Assembly (NCBI GenBank): GCA_049521795.1 | Contig: JBEKOM010000005.1 | Coordinates: 1 to 64,000 of the forward strand | Reading direction: 5' to 3' | Length of the DNA: 64,000 nucleotides | Origin: Candidatus Bathyarchaeia archaeon | GTDB taxonomy: Archaea; Thermoproteota; Bathyarchaeia; Bathyarchaeales; Bathycorpusculaceae | Part shown: one piece after another, positions 16,996 to 26,571 of the stretch | Layout of the letters: every line of letters starts with the position of its first letter | Position numbering within the stretch: the first letter of the stretch is position 1 | Position numbers and translations under genes: made by a program | Notes under the pieces: model-generated | Seen by the model: the letters and a program-made list of their open reading frames with translations, nothing else | Database searches by the model: none | Told to the model about the DNA's origin: nothing

Positions 16996-19760
16996 TGAGA
17001 AGAGGAGCCAGTGTACCGGGACATGCGCTAAGAGTCAAGAGCGAGAAAAGGCGCATGTTTGACGTTTACCGGTTTTATGAAGAACTAGTGCAGAGTGTTC
17101 AAATTGGCTTAGATGTTTGGAAGCTTGAAAACCCAGATGATTTGGGCTCTTTCAGGCTTGTTCTGTCCAATCCTGCGGCGGAAAAGGCAACTGGAGTACC
17201 GAGAAGAAAGATTCTGGGAAAAACTCTGGCTGAAATCTATCCTGCTCTTCTCAGGACAGAGGTTCCGAACATCTTTATGGAGGTTGTTCAAACTGGCGAG
17301 ACTAGGGAACTGGAGGAATTTCACTATGGCGACGAACGAATTTCCAACAAAGTGTTTCATCTGAGGTTTTTACCGCTTCCCAACAACTGCGTTGGCTTAG
17401 CCATGGAAGACATCACTCAGCGCAGGAAAGCTGAAGAAGCTCTAAGCGAGTCTGAGAGGAAGTACAGAAGTGTCGTTGACAACATAGCTGTTGGCATCCT
17501 AGTAATAGGTTCGAACATGGAGATTCTGGCTTCGAACACCCAGATGAAAAAGTGGTTCCCGGATGTCGAGGTTTCGAAGAAACCTGTTTGCTTCAAGGTT
17601 TTCAACAATCCGCCAAGAGAGGGCGTCTGCTCCTATTGTCCGACGTACAAGACGCTGGTGGACGGGCAAGTGCATGAATCGATCAAGAGTGCTTCCGTCG
17701 GTGGCAAAACCATGCATTTTAGGGTGATATCGTCTCCGATCAAGGACAAGGATGGCAAAGTCATTGAAGCTATTGAAATGGTGGAGGATGTTACTGAGCG
17801 TATTCGGTTGGAGAAGGAGCTTAAGTCTCATTCTGAACGTTTAGAGAAGTTGGTCAAAGAAAGAACAAGTGAGCTCATAGAGGGCGAAGAGCGTTCTCGA
17901 GCGCTAAACTTGCACGGTGGGAAGCTGAATGCTGCCAAGACTCTCGATGAGGTCTACAAATGGACATTAGACGCCATACATAAAACGTTGGGTTTCGAGT
18001 ATGCAACGTTCATGTCCATAGAGAAAAACAAGCTTGTGATCGCATGTCACCGAGGGCACGCAAGACCTGTGCTTACGAATCTGCGAATTGACGGAACAAG
18101 AGGCATAACTGTCAGGGCCGTAAAAACTCGTGAACCCATTCTTGTTCCAGACGTGAATAAAGAAAAAGATTACGTTGCAGGTTTCCGCGGCATCCAATCA
18201 GAACTTGCTGTTCCAGTTCTTGCAGAAGACCGAGTACTGGGAGTCTTAGACGTAGGAAGTAGGAAACCCGGAGCATTCAGCGAAAAAGACGCTACGTTGC
18301 TGCAGATTTTGGCTTCACACGCCGCAACGGCGGTCAGCAACCTGTTGAAACGGATGGAGATTGAGAACCGTTCGGGCCAGATGGCTTCGCTTATGAAAAG
18401 CTCGGCTGAGATGATTCACACCGCGGACTTACGCCGCCGCCTCCAAACGATCGCCGAGGCGATCAGAGAGTTCGGATGGCGAAGAGTCGTCATCTCTCTG
18501 AGAGACGAAAACATGGAGATGAGAAGCCCGGATGACATGGTGGCCGTCGGCATAACGGACGAGGAAAGAGAGTTTCTATGGAAGAACAGGCCCCCGGGGC
18601 ACGTGGTCCGTGAGCGGCTGGGGCTAGAATTTGAGCGCTTCAAAATCGGCGAATTCTTCTACCTTCCATGGAATGATCCGTGGGTTAGAGAAAAGTACGG
18701 GTACAAGGCGAGTGTCCTGAGCCATCTTGAGCCTGAAGAGATGGTTGACTGGCATCCGCAAGACACTGTCTATGCTCCGCTTCGATTGGCTGACGGACGC
18801 ATCGTAGGTCGACTAAGCATGGATGACCCGGCGGACGGAAGACGCCCGACTAAGGAGTCTTTGATGCCGTTGGAACTCTTCTTGCATCAGGCAGCGGTAG
18901 CAATTGAGAATGCTCAGCTGATTCAGCAATTGGACAGTGCCAAGGCCGAGATTTCGGAATATGCGGGCGAGCTTGAAGTGAAGGTTCAAGAGCGGACAAA
19001 AGAGTTGATGGAAGCTCAAGCGAAGCTGCTGAAGAATGAGAGGTTGGCGGCTATCGGTGAACTGGCAGGTATGGTAGGACATGACCTGCGCAACCCACTC
19101 ACAGGAATCGCTGGGGCAGCATATTACATTAAGGCAAATTCAAACCCGAAGTTGGACCAGAAATCTAGGGAAATGCTTGGCATCATAGAAGAAGACGTTC
19201 AACGTTCAAACAAGATCATCAGCGACCTCTTGGAATACTCAAGGGAGATCAGACTTGAATTCTCAGAGACCACCCCAAAAGCGATGCTGAAAGAGGCCCT
19301 GTCGCTTGTTAAGATTCCAAGAAACATTCAGGTTAAGAACTTATCGAGAGACGACCCAAGGATCCGAGTTGACATCGAAAAAATGAGAAGAGTCTTCATA
19401 AACATAATCAAGAACGCTGTCGAAGCCATGCCAAAGGGGGGGACATTGACAATAAGAAGCAAGAAATCAGACAAAAACGAAGAATTCTCTTTCGCAGACA
19501 CTGGAGAAGGCATGACAAAATGCGTGCTTGACAAGCTTTGGAGCCCGCTTTTTACGACGAAAGCGAAAGGAATGGGCTTCGGCCTGCCCATCTGCAAACG
19601 AATGGTGGAGGCACACAAGGGCAAGATCTCGGTTAAGAGCGAAATTGCGAAAGGGTCCACATTCACGATTATCGTTCCGATCAGTCCTGTAGCGGACGGA
19701 GGTGAACAGGTTTGGGTGAACATGCCAGAATCCTTGTTGTCGACGACGACAAAAGCATAA
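16995..19760 (+). CDS. Sensor histidine kinase PAS-PAS-GAF-GAF-HisKA-HATPase
   Basis: H-box GHDLRNPL, NIIKNAVEA, DTGEGM, FTTKAKGMGFGL; two GAF domains. Confidence 0.95.
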   Translation: MRRGASVPGHALRVKSEKRRMFDVYRFYEELVQSVQIGLDVWKLENPDDLGSFRLVLSNPAAEKATGVPRRKILGKTLAEIYPALLRTEVPNIFMEVVQTGETRELEEFHYGDERISNKVFHLRFLPLPNNCVGLAMEDITQRRKAEEALSESERKYRSVVDNIAVGILVIGSNMEILASNTQMKKWFPDVEVSKKPVCFKVFNNPPREGVCSYCPTYKTLVDGQVHESIKSASVGGKTMHFRVISSPIKDKDGKVIEAIEMVEDVTERIRLEKELKSHSERLEKLVKERTSELIEGEERSRALNLHGGKLNAAKTLDEVYKWTLDAIHKTLGFEYATFMSIEKNKLVIACHRGHARPVLTNLRIDGTRGITVRAVKTREPILVPDVNKEKDYVAGFRGIQSELAVPVLAEDRVLGVLDVGSRKPGAFSEKDATLLQILASHAATAVSNLLKRMEIENRSGQMASLMKSSAEMIHTADLRRRLQTIAEAIREFGWRRVVISLRDENMEMRSPDDMVAVGITDEEREFLWKNRPPGHVVRERLGLEFERFKIGEFFYLPWNDPWVREKYGYKASVLSHLEPEEMVDWHPQDTVYAPLRLADGRIVGRLSMDDPADGRRPTKESLMPLELFLHQAAVAIENAQLIQQLDSAKAEISEYAGELEVKVQERTKELMEAQAKLLKNERLAAIGELAGMVGHDLRNPLTGIAGAAYYIKANSNPKLDQKSREMLGIIEEDVQRSNKIISDLLEYSREIRLEFSETTPKAMLKEALSLVKIPRNIQVKNLSRDDPRIRVDIEKMRRVFINIIKNAVEAMPKGGTLTIRSKKSDKNEEFSFADTGEGMTKCVLDKLWSPLFTTKAKGMGFGLPICKRMVEAHKGKISVKSEIAKGSTFTIIVPISPVADGGEQVWVNMPESLLSTTTKA

Positions 19761-20191
19761 GAAAAACGCTAGAGGCAATACTCAGGGGCGAGGGCTACTA
19801 TGTGCAAACTGCAGAAAACGGAAAGCAAGCCATAGAGAAAACCCACAGCGAGTACTACAATCTAGCATTGATAGACATTCGCCTGCCAGACATGGAAGGA
19901 ACAGAGCTTCTGACAAAAATGAAAGACACGACGCCGAAGATGCGAAAGATAATTATCACAGGCTATCCATCCCAGCAAAACGCCGTTGAAGCCCTGAACA
20001 GGGAAGCAAACGCCTACATACTGAAGCCTTTCGACGTCAAAAAGACTTTGGAAATGATAAGAGAACAGTTGAACAAACAAGAAGCAGAAAAAATGTTCAG
20101 CCAAGACAAAGTCGCCGAGTTCATAGAGACGCGAGTAAAAGAATTGGAACCTCAAAAAAGCACAGCGAGCGGTAAATCTCGGCACGCTTAA
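19712..20191 (+). CDS. Response regulator (REC)
   Basis: ILVVDDD, LIDIRLPD, YILKPF; SD GGAGGTGA before TTG. Confidence 0.93.
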   Translation: MGEHARILVVDDDKSIRKTLEAILRGEGYYVQTAENGKQAIEKTHSEYYNLALIDIRLPDMEGTELLTKMKDTTPKMRKIIITGYPSQQNAVEALNREANAYILKPFDVKKTLEMIREQLNKQEAEKMFSQDKVAEFIETRVKELEPQKSTASGKSRHA

Positions 20192-20562
20192 ACGATGCCA
20201 TCTTATCTCATATGTGCAGCAGTCCAACTTGATCCCTTTTATGGCATGGAGAATGGAGACCCATCTTTCGACGCTGATGCCATAATGCGTTTTGACCACG
20301 TTGGGAGACAGTTGACCACCGTCCCGAAGCTGGGAAAAACCCAACACGGAAACCTCTCTAGAAAGCGTTGAGGATAACAGGTTTTTTATTTCCTCGCACC
20401 TGAATGGAATACAGAGGTGCGAGTCTAACCTCGGAAACCGTTGACGGAGAGAATTGTCGTGCCATCTTAGCGGTCGCGCCTGGCACGGGTAAGCGTGGAA
20501 AAGAGGAAGTGAGGTTTGTGTGTAATCGTAAATCGACGCTGGTAGAAGAACCATATCGTTCA

Positions 20563-21486
20563 ATGGAATCTGTTACGTTTGAGGATTTCAAGAAGTTTGT
20601 TGCAGACAAAAAGGTTGTCAGGATAGAAAACCAGGAAGTGAAAATAGGGAATGACTGGAAAACCTCTGATTTTGCTCCGCCAAGGGATTATGTTCCGGAA
20701 ATCTCTACGGTGTGGAGTTTTCGAAACAGAGGAAACTGGGCTACGCATGTGGGCAATTACAGAGGCAACTGGTCGCCCTACATTCCGAGGAATCTGATAC
20801 TCAAGTACACGAATCCGTATGACGTGGTTCTGGACCAGATGGTAGGTTCCGGGACAACTCTCGTGGAATGTAGATTGCTGGGCAGAAACGCAGTGGGGGT
20901 TGACATAAACAGAGACGCCATCATGGTCGCCCTTGATAGACTAAATTTCTCCTATAACCCGTTTGACTCAGACTATCCTGAAGACCTCAAAATCAGAACC
21001 TATGTTGGAGATGCACGGAACCTTAACCTCATCGAAGACGATTCGATAGACCTCATTGCAACTCATCCGCCATACGCGGGAATAGTCGCTTATACGAACA
21101 GTAGAGTTGAAGGAGACCTTTCGAGTCAAAAACTCGGAGGCTATCTGAAAGAAATGCGGGTTGTCGCAGAAGAAGCCTTCAGAGTTCTGAAGCACAACAA
21201 GTGCTGCGCCGTACTGATAGGTGACACGCGGAAGCATCTCCACTACGTTCCAATATCTGCCAGAATCTTGGAAGTGTTCTTAGACGCAGGCTTCGTGTTG
21301 AAAGAAGACATCATAAAACTTCAATGGAAGACGAAGACGACAAGAGAGAAGTGGAGAGGCAGAAAGTACGAGTTCTACAAGATAGCTCACGAACACCTCT
21401 ACATCTTTAGGAAGCCTGCTGAAGGAGAAAAACTGTCACCGTTGAAGTACAGCAAGAAATGGCACGAGGAACTACTCGACAATTAA
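20563..21486 (+). CDS. Amino-methyltransferase (N4/N6 DNA methylase or TRM11-like), orphan
   Basis: DQMVGSGTT motif I, DLIATHPPY motif IV, HEHLYIFRK. Confidence 0.8.
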   Translation: MESVTFEDFKKFVADKKVVRIENQEVKIGNDWKTSDFAPPRDYVPEISTVWSFRNRGNWATHVGNYRGNWSPYIPRNLILKYTNPYDVVLDQMVGSGTTLVECRLLGRNAVGVDINRDAIMVALDRLNFSYNPFDSDYPEDLKIRTYVGDARNLNLIEDDSIDLIATHPPYAGIVAYTNSRVEGDLSSQKLGGYLKEMRVVAEEAFRVLKHNKCCAVLIGDTRKHLHYVPISARILEVFLDAGFVLKEDIIKLQWKTKTTREKWRGRKYEFYKIAHEHLYIFRKPAEGEKLSPLKYSKKWHEELLDN

Positions 21487-21530
21487 CTGGCGCACGCAAA
21501 ATTCAAGGCTCATTTCGTGCAACATCTATG

Positions 21531-22415
21531 TTAACGCATTTCCTCTGTGAAGCCAGTCTTGCTCATGTGTCCTTTTTCAGCCAGGTAATCGGCAAGGGCT
21601 TCTTTCCATTCTCTTGTTTGTATGCCGTGTTTTGACAGTCTCGTGCTTTTCATAGCTGAAAAACTAGGCCTGTGAGCCTTCGTTGGCTGTTGACTTGTCC
21701 TTATCGGGTTTAGCGGTGAGTCTAACCCTGCGAGTCTAAATATTTCCTCGGCGAACTGGAACCATGTGCACTGGCCTTGGTTTGACGCGTGGTAGATTCC
21801 TGAGGGCAGCCGTTTTTCTACGATTTCCTGAATCACTCTTGCTGCGTCTTTCGTGTATGTGGGGGTCATCCAAACGTCGTCGACTACGCTTAGTGGCTCG
21901 TTTTTCTTTGCCTTTGTTATCATTGTTTCGACGAAGTTTCCTCCCTTGCCGCTTGCTCCTGCGACGCCGAAGAGGCTTGAAATTCTTACGATGTAGTGTT
22001 TGGGGTTTTGTTTTGTGAAGAGTTCACCTGCTAATTTTGAGATTCCGTAGGTGTTGATTGGGTTTGGAACGTCATCTTCCGTGTAGGGTTCCTTCTTGGA
22101 GCCGTCGAAGACGTAGTCTGTGCTTATGAACGTGGCTGTGGCCCCGATTTCTTTGGACACTGTGGCTATGTTTCTGGCGCCTACGGCGTTTACGGAGAAC
22201 GCTTTCAGCGGCTCGTCTTCGCATTGGTCTGTTTTGTGGAATGCAGCGGTGTTTATTATAATGTCTGGGCGGTCTTTTTTCAGAATTAGGCAGCTGTTGT
22301 AGTCTGTGACTTCTAAGTCTTGATGTGTTAGGCCTATGACTTCGTGTTTGCCACGCAGCGCTTTCACGAGGTCTGTGCCGAGCTGGCCGGTTGAGCCTAT
22401 GATCGTGATCTTCAC
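21531..22415 (-). CDS. rfbD: dTDP-4-dehydrorhamnose reductase
   Basis: GSTGQLG, ISTDYVFDG, YGISKLAGE. Confidence 0.93.
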   Translation of the reverse strand: MKITIIGSTGQLGTDLVKALRGKHEVIGLTHQDLEVTDYNSCLILKKDRPDIIINTAAFHKTDQCEDEPLKAFSVNAVGARNIATVSKEIGATATFISTDYVFDGSKKEPYTEDDVPNPINTYGISKLAGELFTKQNPKHYIVRISSLFGVAGASGKGGNFVETMITKAKKNEPLSVVDDVWMTPTYTKDAARVIQEIVEKRLPSGIYHASNQGQCTWFQFAEEIFRLAGLDSPLNPIRTSQQPTKAHRPSFSAMKSTRLSKHGIQTREWKEALADYLAEKGHMSKTGFTEEMR

Positions 22416-23428
22416 AGTACTGCCCCTTTGACCTCGATGTCTTTGAGGAAAGCGTGCATTTCCAGAAGGTTGCGGTACCATTTGACGGTTATCGTTTTCG
22501 GGTCGTCGGGGTTGAGTTTTCCTTCCTTGAGGGCGTCGTACACTTCTTTCGCCCCTTTTTTCGGCGAATAATCTGTTACGTAGTTGAGTGTCTTCTTGAT
22601 CTTGTCGAAGCTGACTCTGTAGCTTCGCTTGTCAGGTGTGCCGTACCATTCATAGTTAAGGGGCAGTTTGATGGCTTCTGCGACCAAGTTGGCGAGGTCA
22701 AAGACCTGCACGTTCTGCTCGTCGCTGCCGACGTTGAAGATTTGGCCGTTGACGAGTTCCGGGTCCGATTCTAGCACTCTGATAAACGCGTTTGACGTGT
22801 CTTTCACGTGTACAAAGGGGCGCCACTGCTTGCCGTCTCTCATGATGGGTATTTTGCCGTTTTTGAAGAAGCCTAGAACCATGCCGTTTATCGCTAGGTC
22901 AAACCTCATTCTTGGGGAAAAACCGTACACAGTTGCTTGTCTGAGTGCCGTCGCGGTGAAGGATTTGTCGGCCAGGGGTAGTATGTCTTTTTCAGCCAGC
23001 ATGTTGGCCTTCGCGTACGTTGTTAAGGGGTTCAGGCCTGACTGTTCGGTCAGAGTTCCTTCCTGGAAGCCGTAGACGCTGCATGTGCTGGCGAGAACGT
23101 ATTTTCTTACGCCGTGTTTCTTAGACAGAGCGGCTACTCGCGCTCTTCCTTTGTGGTTTATTTCCAGAGTCTTCTGGGGGTCAAGTTCGCCGCTCGGGTC
23201 GTTTGAAAGTGATGCCAAGTCGAGGACGGCGTCTACTCCGTTCAGTACTTCCGGCTTAAACCATCTGATATCGTCCTTGATCAGGGTGATTTTGTCTTTT
23301 ACGTCTTCTATCGGGTCGGTTCCAAAGAACAGCCTGTCGAGGCACGTTACGTCGTGGCCTTTCTCCAAGATGGCTCTCGTGAGGACGGAGCCAATGTACC
23401 CTGCACCGCCTGTGACTAACACTCTCAT
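22412..23428 (-). CDS. NAD-dependent nucleotide-sugar epimerase/dehydratase (extended SDR)
   Basis: VTGGAGYIGS, ASTCSVYG, TVYGFSPRMRFDLAIN. Confidence 0.9.
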   Translation of the reverse strand: MRVLVTGGAGYIGSVLTRAILEKGHDVTCLDRLFFGTDPIEDVKDKITLIKDDIRWFKPEVLNGVDAVLDLASLSNDPSGELDPQKTLEINHKGRARVAALSKKHGVRKYVLASTCSVYGFQEGTLTEQSGLNPLTTYAKANMLAEKDILPLADKSFTATALRQATVYGFSPRMRFDLAINGMVLGFFKNGKIPIMRDGKQWRPFVHVKDTSNAFIRVLESDPELVNGQIFNVGSDEQNVQVFDLANLVAEAIKLPLNYEWYGTPDKRSYRVSFDKIKKTLNYVTDYSPKKGAKEVYDALKEGKLNPDDPKTITVKWYRNLLEMHAFLKDIEVKGAVL

Positions 23429-23441
23429 TGCTCTGGCCCTC

Positions 23442-23957
23442 TCACTTGTGCGGAGGACTGAACCAGTCCCATGGTTTGCCCACGCGAGGGTCGTCTTTCT
23501 TGCCGTTTATCTCCGTCGGAACTATCTTCTGGTCGTTCCACGGCCTGCGGACTTCGTCTGGATTCTTGTAATCGTAGAGTCTTGTCACGAAGTAGACCGT
23601 CAATGATGGTTCATTGCTGACGGTTTTTGTCCCGTGCAGGTACTTGCCCGGTATTCTCACGATCGTCGGCTTTTCGGCGCTGGTTATGACTTCTGCCAGT
23701 TTTCCCGTCTCTTCTTCATAGGCGCAGATCTTCATTGCTCCTTTCAGCACGAAGAAGTAGTCCACTTGTCCTCTCACGTGTTTGTGCCATGCTCTAACGA
23801 TGCCTGGGTAGCTGCTGCTAACGTTCACCTGTGTCATCCATTCGTCTTCAAACATTTCTTTCCAGTCTTGTCTTAGCGCCTCGGCGAAAAAGCCTCTTTC
23901 GTCAGGCAGGATGTCTATCTCGTTGGTTTTCACTCCTTTCAACGGGTACTCTTTCAT
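23442..23957 (-). CDS. rfbC: dTDP-4-dehydrorhamnose 3,5-epimerase family
   Basis: DERGFFAE, PGIVRAWHKH, HGTK cupin motifs. Confidence 0.88.
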   Translation of the reverse strand: MKEYPLKGVKTNEIDILPDERGFFAEALRQDWKEMFEDEWMTQVNVSSSYPGIVRAWHKHVRGQVDYFFVLKGAMKICAYEEETGKLAEVITSAEKPTIVRIPGKYLHGTKTVSNEPSLTVYFVTRLYDYKNPDEVRRPWNDQKIVPTEINGKKDDPRVGKPWDWFSPPHK

Positions 23958-25024
23958 ATTTCCACCTCTGAATAGTCTCCAACGTGAAGTCTTATCGCTT
24001 TGGTCTTTCTGTTCTTGCAAACCACAGCGTTCTTGCCTATGAGGCTTTCCTCCAGCCTGTCAACGTCCTGAACCACAGCGTTCTCCAAGATCACAGAGTA
24101 TTCCACGTTGGAGCTCACGATTCGTGAGTTGTCTCCAATACTCGTGTACGGTCCTACAAAGGAGTTATCTACCACCGTGTTCTTGCCGATAGTGCACGGG
24201 CCTCTGACCGTGCTGTTCGTTATCTTCGCTCCAGCGTCTACCCTGACTCTTCCCTCGACGGTGCTGTTTTCAACTTTTCCCTTAACGCTTCTCTTTATGT
24301 ACTCGTCCAATATTTTCGCGTTGGCCGAGAGTATGTCGTCCTTCTTGCCTGTGTCTATCCACCACGTCTTGAGTACTCCAGCTTTGACCTTGAACCCCAT
24401 GTTTATCATTTCTCGCAATGCGTCAGTTATTTCCAGTTCACCCCTCCATGAGGGTTTGATCCTTTCTGTGGCCTGGTGGATCCTGTTGGAGAGTATGTAG
24501 GTGCCGACTATTGCGAGGTTGCTCGGGGGTTCCTTAGGCTTTTCTATGAGCTGCTTTATGTTGCCTTCTCTGTCCAAGACGGCTACACCGTATTTAGTTG
24601 CGTCTTCCACTTCTTTCAGGAGGATCAGTCCGTCGAGCTTTTCTCGTTGAAACCGTTTGACGAGGTTAACTATTCCTAAACCTTGAAGGTTGTCTCCCAG
24701 GCACATGACGAAGCTTTCTTCTTTCAGGAAGCCTTTGGCGGTCTTGACCGCGTGTGCTAGGCCCAACGGCTCTTGAGTGATGTAGGTGACGTTGAAACCC
24801 CATTCTGCGCCATCTTTGACGTATTCCTTGACGTAGCTTCCAGTCTCTGGCGCGATGACCAGACCAACGTCGGTTATTCCCGTTTCGGCGACCTGGTCGA
24901 GAACGTAGCCGAGAATAGGCCTGTTTGCGACGGGGATCAACTGCTTTGCCAGCGTGAACGTCAGAGGCCTGAGCCTGGTGCCTCTTCCCCCGCTTAGGAC
25001 CAACGCCTTCAAGTGTTTCGCCAC
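23954..25024 (-). CDS. rfbA: Glucose-1-phosphate thymidylyltransferase (long form)
   Basis: LSGGRGTRLRPLT, KQLIPVANRP, RGELEITD, C-terminal hexapeptide region. Confidence 0.93.
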   Translation of the reverse strand: MAKHLKALVLSGGRGTRLRPLTFTLAKQLIPVANRPILGYVLDQVAETGITDVGLVIAPETGSYVKEYVKDGAEWGFNVTYITQEPLGLAHAVKTAKGFLKEESFVMCLGDNLQGLGIVNLVKRFQREKLDGLILLKEVEDATKYGVAVLDREGNIKQLIEKPKEPPSNLAIVGTYILSNRIHQATERIKPSWRGELEITDALREMINMGFKVKAGVLKTWWIDTGKKDDILSANAKILDEYIKRSVKGKVENSTVEGRVRVDAGAKITNSTVRGPCTIGKNTVVDNSFVGPYTSIGDNSRIVSSNVEYSVILENAVVQDVDRLEESLIGKNAVVCKNRKTKAIRLHVGDYSEVEI

Positions 25025-25165
25025 TTTATCGGGTAGAGTGTCAATGGTGACTTAAGTATTTCCTCACAGTAATAAAGCAACGCGAGCTAATCGCTTAGGA
25101 AATATCGGGTCCGCCGGGGCCCATACCTAAGGGGATCGAGTTCATTTCTAGAAAAAGTGCGCGCG

Positions 25166-25773
25166 CTAATTGCTAATGGCAGGCGCTTGCCGCAGATACT
25201 TCGTATCCTGCACTTGTTTGAGCAGGAAATCGGCCAAATCTGCACGCGAAGTCCATGTGCCCAATTCGCCCTTGCCTACGTAGCCAGCTCTGACTTTTCC
25301 AGATTTGGGATTATTGTTAAGCATTGTCAAACGCACGATGGTCCAATCAAGATCGGAGTCGCGTACCGTTTCTGCGACGCTGACTATCTCTTCGTACGCA
25401 TCGTGCATCGTAACCTTAACAAGTTCAGCGGGTCGTTTGGATCCTTAGCGCTAAGGGTTGAAGTCATGATTAGTCTCCGTATGCCTTGTTTCTTCATGGC
25501 ACCAATGATACTCTGCATTCCGCGCGTAATTGGCTTGTTTTTCGAATCGCCTCTTGGACCCAGAACACTGATAACTGCATCTGCCCCATATACTGCACTT
25601 TCGATCAAAGGCTCATCAGTCAATTCGCCTTGAATAACCTTCAAATGCTCATGGCTAATGTTCAGCTTGGATGGATTACGAACATAAGCTACAACATAAT
25701 CTCCGGCGGCAACTGCCTGTTCGACGACTCGTATACCTGTATTACCAGTTGCTCCAAAAACAGTGATTCTCAT
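25166..25773 (-). pseudogene. NAD(P)H-binding atypical SDR (BVR-B/NmrA-like), frameshifted
   Basis: N-half VFGATGNTG (25384-25773) and C-half SDLDWTIVR...SRADLADFL (25166-25408) are in different frames. Confidence 0.85.
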
Positions 25774-25897
25774 GGCATCACATAAACCTTAAACTCTTAC
25801 CAAGATATCGTTGCCCTCTGCCCTAACTTCGCACATAGGCTGATCATTACAGTTAATGTCAAGCTTTACGAGCACTCTGCGCTGCTCCTTCCACTGT

Positions 25898-26479
25898 TTA
25901 GATTCGCTTTCCGCCCTTTTGCTCAAACCTTTCTTGGGCTACTCTCCTGTTGATTGCCGCTAGCTCTTTCTGTAACTCTTTTATCATTTTCTCAATTTGT
26001 TTGCGCTTGCCTTCTAAAACGTTCATCGTATCTTCCGGTTTTTCTTTTCTCTCCTCAAGAAAGACTGAGAAAAGGTTCGGTATTCTCGGGATTGAAACGA
26101 TCTTCTCTACATCCAACACGTCTTTCATGAAATCTGTGAACAAGCCGCTCATGCTATTAGCAATTTGACTCTCTTTGGCCAGAGACCGCTTTAAAACCTG
26201 CGTGCCCGCCGCGGTGATTCGAAATATCTTTCTTTTCCTTTTCTTCTGAACCGCCCATTTTCCCTCGATATATTTCGAGTCTTCTAGGTTTCGAAGCATA
26301 GGATAGATGCCGCCAGCGGTCGGTCTCCAAAAACCCATGGTTCTTTCCTTGATCTCTCTCATTATTTCATAGCCGTGATACGGCTTCTTGCTGAGAAGAA
26401 TCAGCGCGGCAACACGTATATAGCCCTTCTGCGTTTCCTTAAGCCAGTGCCCAGCAGTTATTTCGTCTTCGCACTGCAT
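25898..26479 (-). CDS. PadR-family transcriptional regulator
   Basis: HGYEIMREI...GGIYPML...KIFRITAAG. Confidence 0.93.
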   Translation of the reverse strand: MQCEDEITAGHWLKETQKGYIRVAALILLSKKPYHGYEIMREIKERTMGFWRPTAGGIYPMLRNLEDSKYIEGKWAVQKKRKRKIFRITAAGTQVLKRSLAKESQIANSMSGLFTDFMKDVLDVEKIVSIPRIPNLFSVFLEERKEKPEDTMNVLEGKRKQIEKMIKELQKELAAINRRVAQERFEQKGGKRI

Positions 26480-26535
26480 TTTGGGTTCATCTTTCTCATC
26501 TGAGTATTATCGGAATATTTATATTTTACTACGAT

Positions 26536-26554
26536 ATATTGCAACGAACAATAT
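26536..26554. promoter_or_regulatory. Candidate PadR operator
   Basis: ATATTG-N7-CAATAT inverted repeat in the divergent padR/ABC spacer. Confidence 0.4.
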
Positions 26555-26571
26555 CTGGCGGTGATGCCCTC

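Noticed and set aside
19862-20563. 233-aa minus-strand ORF
   Set aside because: Largely antisense to the response regulator; the 20190-20310 part might be gene debris but could not be identified
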